From Ylistrum balloti (taxonomy: Eukaryota), in NCBI RefSeq assembly GCF_031769215.1, contig NW_026782188.1:1364001-1428000 (forward strand): a DNA stretch of 64,000 nucleotides, read 5' to 3'. A program made the position numbers and the translations under genes. Under the pieces are notes generated by a model, which had not been told where the DNA came from, did not search any database, and worked only from the letters and a program-made list of their open reading frames with translations. Each line of letters starts with the position of its first letter. Position 1 is the stretch's first letter. Below are positions 52,594 through 64,000 of the stretch, piece by piece.

Positions 52594-55500
52594 ATGGACC
52601 AGAGGGGCTGGAGGTGGACAGATGCACATTTTTGCAGTTTACCATCACAAGCAGCATTGTATGGCATAACAGCCACTCCACAAACAAACGTATATACACA
52701 CGCCAAAGTAATAGAACCAGAGGGATCGAACAAATTACTGGTAGCATCACTGAGAGGAAAGATAGTATCCGTGGAGTACCAAAGGAATGGGAACAAACTC
52801 AAACCATCCACAAAGGAGGTTCAGTTTACGTATATTCCAGGTATGGTTGTACCAATATCTATAGGTAAAAATGAAAGCAAACCTGGATGGATTAGAAAGA
52901 GATTTATGTACTGATAGATAATGTTGTAGGACACATCCCAATAGAAAATAACGTGTATATATTCCTATTGTATTTGTTGACACACAGTGTTACTTAGGTA
53001 TCTAAAGTATATAATTTTCCCTCCAGATTGACAGATTTTTTTAAAGAATTAAACAAATACTTAGAAGACACCTAAGAACAAGCCAAATATTGATATGAAC
53101 ATTGGAAATACATATTGTAGGTAACAACTGGTGTATACAGTTACTTTATATTCTAAATCTTTGTGAATGTATCAGTTCTAATTCTCTTAAATTAGGCGAT
53201 GCAGAATTAGTTTCCCTTGATGTTGCTGCCAGAACAAGTCAACAAGGCAATGGACTTCTCATTGGTATCACATTCCTCAAACAGACCCAGGTAATATTGA
53301 AAGTACCTTGAACTTAACAATGATCAATGTATAGTTTAATTTCATGAGCCCTTTTCAACAAAATACTGAAACAATGAAATCTTTAAGCATATCCAGCAAT
53401 TCTATGAGTCCTATTAAAATTCTATGACTACAGGACTCCATACTCACATGAAGATTTATCAGTGTTTGGTAGGCAGTACATTTTTTACATCATATACATA
53501 TAATTGACAATTTCAAGCAGTTTGAAGTAAGACATTTGTTATCTACTTGCAATTACAATAAAGTTTCCTGTTTTGTTTTGATATTAAGATGCATGCTGTC
53601 AACACCATTAACATTTTCTATTTTTACTTCAAAATGATAATATTTAAATGAGTGTAAAGATAAATTTTGCTTTTTCATATTCTGTGTCATAAAGTTTTTG
53701 GCACTGCAGCATGAATTGTCTATGTCTGAATTTTGGCCAAGAGGGATCTCTGATTACTGAAGTGATTTATCTATTTGTGAACTTAGCAATAGCTGGGCAA
53801 GCAATAACGGGGCATAATTGATTACAATTGAATTTGTTTATTGTTTAATGTAGTATATACTAGGCACACATCATAAATCATATGTTTAGATAGTTTCAAA
53901 TCAGTCTATGAAGATCTGTAGGAAATTTATGACATGTGCATCAACAGCATGCATGAAAAAAAGTTGGTTACTGTACACATTTAAGACCATTAAAACATAG
54001 ATGAACTTTACAGTACCAGTAATATCTAATACAAATATGTGTCAATGTCTGTGATGATTTGGTTGTTTCTGTTTAGACTGAAGATGGAGAACACACCTGT
54101 ATGCAGTACCTAAACCTGTATTCCTTTTGTCAGTCAGATGAAGATAGCCACTACGTAGATAGTGTAGCCCGTAGGTGTGATTATTTGACAACAGTAATTA
54201 CAGTCAAAAGTGTGATTATATGTCAACAATAATTACAGTCACAAAGTGTGATTATATGTCAACAGTAATTACAGTCAGAAGTGTGATTATATGTCAACAG
54301 TAATTACAGTCAAAAGTGTGATTATATAACAACAGTAATTACAGTCAAAATGAAAGGCATAGTTCAGCTCCAGACTTCATTTGCTAAGCTCATTATCAAT
54401 TGCTCACGATGTTTGTCTTAGAGTTCTCAGTGATAGATTTTAATTTTCAATCATGGAAAATCAAGTAACTATACAAGGCTGGCTTTGAATAGCAGTGATT
54501 CACACTGTTGATCTGGAGTTTTACCTTTACATTTGCTTGGAGTTATTAAGTCATTAAAATAGTTTGAATAAGAAACAAATTTAACTAATCATATTTTAGG
54601 TGGAAAAATAATGTATAAGTCTGTTCACATGCTATTATACTATAGTTACTGAGAATTATATGATATCAGCATTTGTACATGTATGTCTTTGTAATGCTCT
54701 CTGGAGCTGTCAGTATCTTACTGTTTACTTTCATTATCATTTTGTTGACCTTAAGCATATCAGTATGTACTTTAAAACACATACCGATTTATAATGTAAT
54801 GATTTTTTTATCGTTCTTCAGAGACGTGTGTAACATTAGAATTGGATTTCATGCCATACCAGCTGATCCATACAGAGTAAGAATGTCTAATTGTCAAAAC
54901 ACTTTGTCTAATTTACATAGAATAAGAATATCATGCAATTTCTGTTTACTTTTTAACTTTTGTTAAGTCAAAGGCAAACAATATACCAAGGCGTCCATTT
55001 GATAGAAGAAAAATAATAACAAGCTTAAAAATCATAGTCTTATTTATTGTTATACATCTCTCTGTACTAAAGGTGTGTAACAGAAGATGGTTTGGAGACG
55101 GTATTTCTTCTCAGTGGAAATGACCAGAAAGTCCACATGTACAGAGAAGATCATGTATGTAAATTATGTCTTCACAACCTTTTTGTTCCAAATAATTGCA
55201 TCAAAAATTGAATTTTCAGACCACTATTTACAAAAGTATATATCAGCCTATCAAACAACAATGATATTAGCTAAAATTTACAAAAACAACGGCCGTCGAT
55301 GATAGGTTATTCACCCCAAATGGTACAAAATTAAAGAAGGAAAAATACCAAAGGGCAATTATTCCTAAATAATGCAAAGAGAGTTATGGTTCATGAACAT
55401 TGCACTTCTCCTTATCAAGATCTATCTATGAAGCTCTGATACCTGCATATCTATTGATACCTGCAACAGTTGTTGTGCTATGCTCTTGGTAAAACATTTA

Positions 55501-58500
55501 AGTATGAAAAATAACGAAGGACAATAACTTAAATTATGCAGGAGAGAGTTATGGTTCTTCTACACTGTGCTTTTCCTCATCAAGATCTATCAACCTATTA
55601 AGTTTCATGTTGATACCTCTAACAGCTTTTGTGATATGCTATGGACAAAATTATGATGGACAGACAGATGGACAAAGCAGCAACTCTTCAGGAAGCATAA
55701 AAAAGTTTTGATATGTAAGGTTTATGTTATGATAGTACATTTGAATAGTTAACATATACTTGAATCATGACAGATGGGTGCTGATACTCATCAACATTAT
55801 GACATTCTGACAAAAACAAATTGAAAGTGTGAATAAATAGTGCTTCAATTTCACATACATCAGTTTTCAAGTACAGTGTGTAGGCGTAGGCAGTATACAC
55901 AAGTATAGTTTACTACAGGTTTTGAAGATTAGAACATTGGTTTAAATATTCTGATATATTTTAACACATTTACATGGTTTTTTGTGTAAAAAGGTAGCCC
56001 CAGTGTTGAGATTTAAAGAGGAAGAAATAGAGAATTACTTTCCAGAGCTGTGTTGTCCAGGCAGCAGGTGAGAAACAACTGCTTATGTTAGAAATATCAA
56101 TAAACTGCCCTCAAATGATATCAAATACATTTTAATCACTTACTGGATGGATGGCAAGTGAAGGAATTTACTAACATACACTGTGAGTTGCCAATGAAGT
56201 ATATGCACTGTTACTAAGATAGTCAGTATGTTATAAGTTGGCATCAAAGAAGATTGATAGTTATGCAAGGGCAAAAGATGTGGTGACATTAAATTGCTAG
56301 GTTCTTGTTTGGTATCAGCTGTATGTTAACTACACAGGTGATACATATTCACTTTTCTAGTTTCATTTTTTGTTTTGATTTCTTTGTAGTGTGCACTGGA
56401 TGGATCTTGTGTATATTGATAATCATAAGAAGAGGTTGACAGCTCAAGGACAACAAAATGGACAAGTGTTTGTTTCATTGGTGGATGTCAGCAACACAGG
56501 TTTGTCAAATTAATGTTAATAAGAACAGTTATCTCCCTTGATATTTTAAGACCTACTTCAGTAGAGTAATTAATTAGCTAGATGTGTTTTGTATGTCACT
56601 GTTATAGAGGTAATAGATGGTTGGCAGGGAATGTATGATTTGTCCTCTCTCTGTTATCCTTTTTCATACTCGGATGTTGCTCTTCTGTTTCAATATTTTT
56701 AAAAGCTGTAATTTATTTTTTGCACTCATTAACATATTCTTTCTATGATCTATTTTCCTTTCAGTATTTCCTTATTTGTAAGTTGTATGAAAGAATGTTC
56801 ATATTTTTATACTTTCATTACCTATAAAGTATTGAAGATATAAACATTGCATACAATAGCACATTTGAACCCCTTTTTTTTGTTTGTTTTGACATACCAT
56901 CATCAACTGTATATCAACATAACACAAAATTGAATATTTCGTTAAATGTAAGGAAAAATAAATATTATATGCTTATTCCAATATGTTACTTCAAGAATAA
57001 GTGTATGATGTGCTTTGTATTGAAGTGTTGAGAGTGTGTGTATAATGTGTTGTGTATGTTACTGTTGTAGAGGTACTGAAGGGTTGGGAGTGTGTGTATA
57101 ATGTGTTGTGTATGTTACTGTAGTAGAGGTACTGAAGGGTTAGGAGTGTGTGTATAATGTGTTGTGTATGTTACTGTTGTAGAGGTACTGAAGGGTTGGG
57201 AGTGTGTGTATAATGTGTTGTGTATGTTACTGTGGTAGAGATACTGCAGGGTTGGGAGTGTGTGTATAGTGTGTTGTGAATGTTACTGTTGTAGAGGACT
57301 GAAGGGTTAGGAGTGTGTGTATAATGTGTTGTGTATGTTACTGTTGTAGAGGTACTGAAGGGTTGTTAGTGAGTGTTTAATGTGTTGTGTATGTTACTGT
57401 TGTAGAGGTACTGAAGGGTTGTTAGTGAGTGTTTAATGTGTTGTGTATGTTACTGTTGTAGAGGACTGAAAGGTTAGGAGTGTGTGTATAATGTGTTGTG
57501 TATGTTACTGTTGTAGAGGTACTGAAGGGTTGGGAGTGTGTGTATAATGTGTTGTGTATGTTACTGTGGTAGAGATACTGAAGGGTTAGGAGTGTGTGTA
57601 TAGTGTGTTGTGTATGTTACTGTTGTAGAGGACTGAACGGTTAGGAGTGTGTGTATAATGTGTTGTGTATGTTACTGTTATAGAGGTACTGAAGGGTTGG
57701 GAGTGTGTGTATAATGTGTTGTGTATGTTACTGTTGTAGAGGTACTGAAGGGTTGTTAGTGAGTGTTAAATGTGTTGTGTATGTTACTGTTGTAGAGGAC
57801 TGAAAGGTTAGGAGTGTGTGTATAATGTGTTGTGTATGTTACTGTTGTAGAGGTACTGAAGGGTTGGGAGTGTGTGTATAATGTGTTGTGTATGTTACTG
57901 TGGTAGAGATACTGAAGGGTTAGGAGTGTGTGTATAGTGTGTTGTGTATGTTACTGTTGTAGAGGACTGAACGGTTAGGAGTGTGTGTATAATGTGTTGT
58001 GTATATTACTGTGGTAGAGATACTGAAGGGTTGGGAGTGTGTGTATAATGTGTTGTGTATGTTACTGTTGTAGAGGTACTGAAGGGTTGGGAGTGTGTGT
58101 ATAGTGTGTTGTGTATGTTACTGTTGTAGAGGTACTGAAGGGTTGTTAGTGAGTGTTTAATGTGTTGTGTATGTTACTGTTGTAGAGGACTGAAGGGTTA
58201 GGAGTGTGTGTATAATGTGTTGTGTATGTTACTGTTGTAGAGGTACTGAAGGGTTGTTAGTGAGTGTTTAATGTGTTGTGTATGTTACTGTTGTAGAGGT
58301 ACTGAAGGGTTGGGAGTGTGTGTATAGTGTATTGTGTATGTTACTGTTGTAGAGGTACTGAAGTGTTGTTAGTGAGTGTTTAATGTGTTGTGTATGTTAC
58401 TGTTGTAGAGGACTGAAAGGTTAGGAGTGTGTGTATAATGTGTTGTGTATGTTACTGTTGTAGAGGTACTGAAGGGTTGGGAGTGTGTGTATAATGTGTT

Positions 58501-61500
58501 GTGTATGTTACTGTTGTAGAGGTACTGAAGGGTTGGGAGTGTGTGTATAATGAGTTGTGTATGTTACTGTCGTAGAGGACTGAAAGGTTAGGAGTGTGTG
58601 TATAATGTGTTGTGTATGTTACTGTTGTAGAGGACTGAAAGGTTAGGAGTGTGTGTATAATGTGTTGTGTATGTTACTGTTGTAGAGGTACTGAAGGGTT
58701 GGGAGTGTGTGTATAATGAGTTGTGTATGTTACTGTCGTAGATGTACTGAAGTGTTGGGAGTGTGTGTATAATGTACTGTGTATGTTACTGTTGTAGAGG
58801 TACTGAAGGGTTGGGATAGTGTGTATAATGTGTTGTGTATGTTACTGTGGTAGAGATACTGAAGGGTTGGGAGTATGTGTATAATGTGTTGTGTATGTTA
58901 CTGTTGTACAGGTACTGAAGGGTTGGGAGTGTGTGTATAGTGTGTTGTGTATGTTACTGTTGTAGAGGTACTGAAGGGTTGTTAGTGAGTGTTTAATGTG
59001 TTGTGTATGTTACTGTTGTAGAGGTACTGAAGGGTTAGGAGTGTGTGTATAATGTGTTGTGTATGTTACTGTTGTAGAGGTACTGAAGGGTTGGGAAGGA
59101 GTGTTTGACAGTCCAATTACTTGTGTGAAGATCTTTAACCCAGATAATCAGGTCTCCTTTCCTGAATTTTTGAGAGACATAGAAGGTTAGTATATATTAC
59201 TATCATAAAGTGTAAAATAAAGTTAAGAAACAACATCTACTTCATATAAAGTACAATTATACTTTTATGTCTTCAGTGTTCTATGTCAAGGTGGGGGTAT
59301 ATTTTTACAGTTGTTAAAACAGACCACCTGTAATTTTTGACATCAGGCCCCACTTGTATAAAACATCTCAACTTGAGAATTCCTCAAGTCGAGATTTTCT
59401 CAAGGAACAGGAGGAAGGCATCGGCTAGGATGTCCTGAAATTCCTTGAGGAATTTTCATACAAGATATTTTCAAGGAGATATTGGCTGAGGAAAATGTCG
59501 ACTTGAGGAAATCTCAAGTTGAGATGTTTTATACAAGTGGGGCCAGAACTGTTAACTATTACTAATTTATATGGTCTTGTTCTTGATTTCAGGAAAAGAC
59601 AACTCCATACAGGAGGATACCCCTGCCATGTACAATTTGTTGGTTATGAGTTCCCTAGAACCAACAGTAGTCTACAGGTACTCTCTACATCTGTCCAGCA
59701 TGTTTACATGTTCATGGTCACCTGGCCAGAAAGGCTTAGTGAGTTTAATGGACATGTCTGGTACCTGTCTGTCATACTCTATTTTTACAGTGATTCAGTG
59801 CAATACTAATTGTAAGTGTCATGATTAAAAAAATATCATATGTTGATACATTGTTATGTATAGATGTATTATAGGGGTTAGAAAGTTCCTAGGGTCAAAG
59901 TCAATAATCGGTTTGAAAAGAGTCTATCTATGTGTCTTCTCTATACAATACAAAGTCTTTCACTCGACATGTCCAGTTTGTTAACATACATTCGTAGAGA
60001 AATAGGGGCTATTACAATGGAGATCTTTTCCCTTTAGAAAGCATCACAGGAATGTATTTTCTCAGTTCTTGAAAGTGTGAAAAAAACGCAGTTTCATTTG
60101 TAGATTAATTTTAACATTTTAGGTCCCTTCTACATTAGTAAAGGGAGCATAAAGTATCAGTCATTTCTAATCATTAGTCTGTGAGTCCATCTCTCCTTCA
60201 CATAGTATTTTCCTTAATATCATCACAAGACTTTCTACAAACACACATTTCCAATCTTCTGTTAAGCTGTGTTATTGGGTATTTGTATGTTATATAAGTC
60301 TATTCTTGTTGTATATACATCAAGTCAAACTTTTGATTTTGTTAATGAAGCTCTGAAGAGAGAGTTCTGTATTTCAGAAACATTCTGACCAATGGTTTAG
60401 ACAATGCTTTGTACTTGCCTGGGAGCTGTTGTTATGACATCCCCTTGTGTGCCTGTGTAGCTGATATAGACTTCGATGGATACAATGAAATTCTGGTTGG
60501 CACATATGGACAGGTAAGGCTTTGATGGGTACAATGAAATCCTGATGGGCACATGTCATCAGATGTTATCATGTAGATACATGTGTAGTTTTGATTTTGT
60601 AAGATGTTAAAAGTTTTCTTGTGAATGTTTGATGAAAAGCCAAAAAAAATATCAATATGATTTTGTAAGGGAAAGGAACAGTTAGAATTTTCAGGTCACC
60701 TGAGATGGAGTCTTTAGTAACCTACTTTGATCGCCATTTATCTGCCTTTGTCCATCGTCCATCATATACAATTTACATTTTTGACTTCTTGCTAAGTTGA
60801 AGGGCTACAAAGATTGTTCAAATGAATTAGCTTGACATTATTTCAAGGTCATAGGGGTCAAATGTGTTAAAATATTTAAACATCTTCTTCTCAATAACCA
60901 AATGATCCAGGGGTCGTGATATTGGGCCAGTAGCATGCTGGGGTGAAGGGCTATAAATTTTGTTCAAATGAGTGACCTTGACATTCATTCAAGGTCACAG
61001 GGGTCAGATACGCCAAAATTCAACAACAGATGAGTGTTATCAGTTCTGTTTAATTGAAAATTGAGCCTTCAAACATAGAAAGAATAAAAACTTTTTAAGC
61101 ATGCTTATATCAGTTATGTTCTGTGTGCCCCACTGTGAGATTGATAGATAAGTCCTAAACCTGTACAAAGACCTGTAGAGTTCAGGTGACAGTTAAGGCC
61201 CATGGACCTCTTGGTTTGTTTATTTCCAGGAGTTATTAGCTTACAAGTTGATGCAAGAGGATGACCAGATACCAATATTAAATAAATCACCATCTTTAAC
61301 AAAAAACAAAATGTCGTCTCCTGCAAACATCAACAGTTATACTGACGGAGAACCGGTCACATCACCAAGGCAACGACACCTAACAGGCAGTGGTCATTCA
61401 GGTAGAGATTCCCCCTTGGCCATAAAGTTGCCACGAAAGGCAAAATCTCAAGAGAATCTGTGTTCCTCATTACCCAAAAATCATGATACTGGAACAAAGC

Positions 61501-62523
61501 AGGAGCTGTCTGAAGTAGACCTTAATGTAACTGACAGAAAGCTTTGTTACAAGTTACTTTGGCAAAGAAGCTTTGCTAGTCCAGTGGTTGGAGTGGACAG
61601 AGTAGACATTATGGGGGATGGAATGGACGACATGGTTGTGGTTACTCTGAGAGGTGTTCATGTCATACAGGTAAATACTTAAAGTACAGTCTTTCATAAC
61701 TGTACATATATCAAAGACTTATACCATACATACCTGCATCTATGTTTCATCTGCCCACACCTATGACTTACACTATGACACATCCTTACACCTAGACCTT
61801 ACATACCTGCACCTATATCTTACATACCTACACCTATACCTTACATACCTACACCTATACCTTACATACCTACACCTATACTTTGCATACCTACACATAT
61901 AACTTACACACCTACACCTGTACCATACACACCTACACCTATACATTACATACCTACACCTGTACCTTACATACCTACACCTGTACCTTACATACCTACA
62001 CCTTTACCAGATATACCTATACATTACATACCTACACCTATACCTTACATACCTACACCTATACCTTACATACCTACACTTGTACCTTACCTACACCTAT
62101 ACCTTACATACCTACATCTTACACACCAACACCTTTACCAGGTATACTTACGCCTAAACCTTGTATTTCTACACTTATACCTTACATCCTACACTAAACC
62201 TTATCATATACCTGTCATAAGTCTCAACTACATGTTACCCATACCTTCTTTTTCACACAAATACCATACTTAACCACAGCTGACTGTAAATCTTTTCATA
62301 AATCATCTCGCCTCCCCTTTGCACACTTTACCTGAAATTGGATCTGAAATGTCTTTTTTTGTTACTGCAGCCAGAGCTAAGAGAAGTTGCCCAGGTATGC
62401 CTTGAGCAGCTGAGGAATCTAGTTTCTTCGAAGGAGAGTAGTGAAGATGATGATGAACAAATTCAATTGAACATTGACAATCAGCTGACAAAGCCAAATC
62501 GTTCTTTTGAAACCAATACGTGA
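52594..62523 (+). CDS. KPTN: Kaptin, KICSTOR complex subunit, 559 aa, 12 exons
   Basis: Exons 52594-52840, 53196-53290, 54077-54170, 54822-54876, 55073-55154, 55994-56067, 56390-56499, 59078-59185, 59593-59677, 60378-60513, 61230-61670 and 62371-62523 (1680 nt, all phases consistent). Motifs KLLVASLRGK, KEVQFTYIPGDAELVSLD, LELDFMPYQLIH, VFLLSGNDQKVHMY, LEPTVVYR, DIDFDGYNEILVGTYGQELLAYK and LLWQRSFASPV...DIMGDGMDDMVVVTLRGVHVIQ match human KPTN as recalled. Confidence 0.96.
54175..54350. repeat. 35-bp minisatellite (GTGTGATTATATGTCAACAGTAATTACAGTCAAAA), ~5 copies, starting 5 nt after the KPTN exon 3 donor
   Basis: Direct periodicity. Confidence 0.9.
55300..55705 (+). mobile_element. Degenerate bivalve interspersed repeat (ATCAAGATCTATC...AAGTTTCATGTTGATACC family) with two internal units and a GACG/GACA tail
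   Basis: Internal ~160-bp duplication (AGAGTTATGGTTC...); 3' GGACAGACAGATGGAC tail; family assigned from recall. Confidence 0.55.
57034..59096 (+). repeat. 56-bp minisatellite, ~37 copies, each carrying the KPTN exon 8 acceptor and the first 19 exon nt
   Basis: Unit GTGTGTGTATAATGTGTTGTGTATGTTACTGTTGTAG|AGGTACTGAAGGGTTGGGA. The last copy continues into the unique exon (EVLKGWEGVFDSPITCVKIF...). Confidence 0.97.
59347..59543. mobile_element. 197-bp MITE, PIF/Harbinger-like
   Basis: ~55-bp near-perfect terminal inverted repeats (GCCCCACTTGTATAAAACATCTCAACTTGAGA...) flanked by a duplicated CAG (59344-46 and 59544-46), matching the CWG target-site duplication of animal Harbingers. Confidence 0.85.
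60690..61025 (-). mobile_element. Truncated reverse copy of the 145-bp-satellite HINE-like family
   Basis: TCAAGGTCATAGGGGTCAAATGTGTTAAAAT and CCAGTAGCATGCTGGGGTGAAGGGCTA are reverse complements of motifs in 26754-27730. Confidence 0.7.
61730..62240. repeat. 21-bp minisatellite (ACATACCTACACCTATACCTT) in KPTN intron 11
   Basis: Direct periodicity; source of the spurious HTYTYTL ORF. Confidence 0.9.
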
Positions 62524-62554
62524 CAATATCGGAGCCATGTAGAAATTGTGTATC

Positions 62555-62560
62555 AATAAA
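62555..62560 (+). terminator. Candidate KPTN polyadenylation signal AATAAA
   Basis: First AATAAA, 31 nt after the stop codon and just before a satellite array. Confidence 0.45.
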
Positions 62561-62619
62561 CTCTGTAAAAAGACCTATGGTATCATGTTTTGTACTTTCT
62601 AAAGACTTAATATATTGCT

Positions 62620-64000
62620 TTTCATGCTTAATGGTGTCATTCCTGTTATAAATACGTTAAAAGGTGTCATTCCTGGTATAAACATGATAAAGCGTGTCAT
62701 TCCTGTTATAAATATAAAACATTTCATCCCTGTTATATATATGATAAAATTTGTCATTTCTGTAATAGATATGATATAACGTGTCGTTGCTATAATAGAT
62801 ATGATAAAATATCTCGTTACTATAATAGATGTGATAAAACGTGTTGTTGCTATAATAGATATGATAAAACGTGTTGTTGCTATAATAGATATGATAAAAC
62901 GTGTTGTTGCTATAATATTTATATGATATAATAAAACATGATAAAACGTGTTGTTGCTATAATATATATGATAAAACATGTCGTTTCTATAATAGATATG
63001 ATAAAACGTGTTGTTGCTATAATAGATATGATAAAACATGTCGTTTCTATAAATAGATATGATAAAACATTCGTTTCTATAATAGATATGATAAAACGTA
63101 TTTTTGCTATAATATATATGTTTCTATAGAGATATGATAAAACGTGTTGTTGCTATAATAGTTATGATAAAAAATGTCATTTCAATAAAAGATATGATAA
63201 AACGTGTCGTTGCTATAAAAGATATGATAAAACATGTCGTTTCTATAGATAGATATGATAAAACGTGTTGTTGCTATAATATATATGATAAAACATGTCG
63301 TTTCTATAAATAGATATAACAAAACGTGTTGTTGCTATAATAGATATGATAAAACGTGTTGTTGCAATAATAGATATGATAAAAAAAGTCGTTTCTATAG
63401 TTAGAAATGAAAAAACGGGGTGTGGATGTAATATATATGATAAAACATGTCGTTTCTATAAATAGATATAACAAAACGTGTTGTTGCTATAATATATATG
63501 ATAAAACGTGTTGTTGCTATAAATAGATATAACAAAACGTGTTGTTGCTATAATAGATATAACAAAATATCTCGTTACTATAATAGATGTGATAAATCGT
63601 GTTGTTGCTATAATAGATATGATAAAACGTGTTGTTGCTATAATAGATATGATAAAACGTGTTGTTGCTATAATAGATATGATAAAACATGTCGTTTCTA
63701 TAAATAGATATGATAAAACATGTCGTTGCTATAATAGATATGATAAAACGTATTTTTGCTATAATAGATATAATAAAACGTGTTGTTGCTATAATAGTTA
63801 TGATAAAACATGTTTCTATAGAGATATGATAAAACGTGTTGTTGCTATAATATATATGATAAAACGTGTTGTTGCTATAATAGATATGATAAAACGTGTT
63901 GTTGCTATAATATATATAACAAAACGTGTTGTTGCTATATGATTAAACGTGTTGTTGCTATAATATATATGATAAAACGTGTTGTTGCTATAAATAGATA
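62620..64000. repeat. 30-bp minisatellite (ATGATAAAACGTGTTGTTGCTATAATAGAT), running to the window end
   Basis: Direct periodicity; source of the spurious MIKRVVAIID ORFs. Confidence 0.97.

Noticed and set aside
52527-52811. 95-codon upstream in-frame extension of the PNO1 ORF, antisense to KPTN exon 1
   Set aside because: ATG 52526 has a strong context and gives the expected PNO1 length (250 aa); open antisense frames are common opposite coding exons.
61883-63942. ORFs HTYTYTL..., MIKRVVAIID... and MFYHIYY...
   Set aside because: Translations of 21-bp and 30-bp minisatellites.

Overview
Eukaryotic, AT-rich, intron-containing DNA. The satellite-carrying repeat families suggest a bivalve mollusc, possibly a scallop or oyster (inference). 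Gene order: an intronless IRF2BP/IRF2BPL-like gene (-) inside a ~20-kb CpG-rich, repeat-poor domain; the 5' ~685 codons of TALPID3/KIAA0586 (-), whose remaining exons are not visible in the window; three diverged, intact Tim9 paralogues (+,-,+); and PNO1 (-) head-to-head with KPTN (+), with only 67 bp between their ATGs. Introns carry many minisatellites, Helentron-type non-autonomous elements and a Harbinger-like MITE. The most notable observations are (1) a tandem array of four ~45-nt minimal hammerhead ribozymes at 15.9-16.1 kb, (2) the Tim9 triplication, (3) a ~37-copy 56-bp array that amplifies the splice acceptor and first 19 nt of KPTN exon 8, and (4) probable same-strand nesting of IRF2BP in a giant TALPID3 intron. 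Exon models were read by eye, with splice phases checked, and compared with vertebrate proteins from memory; no database search was run.
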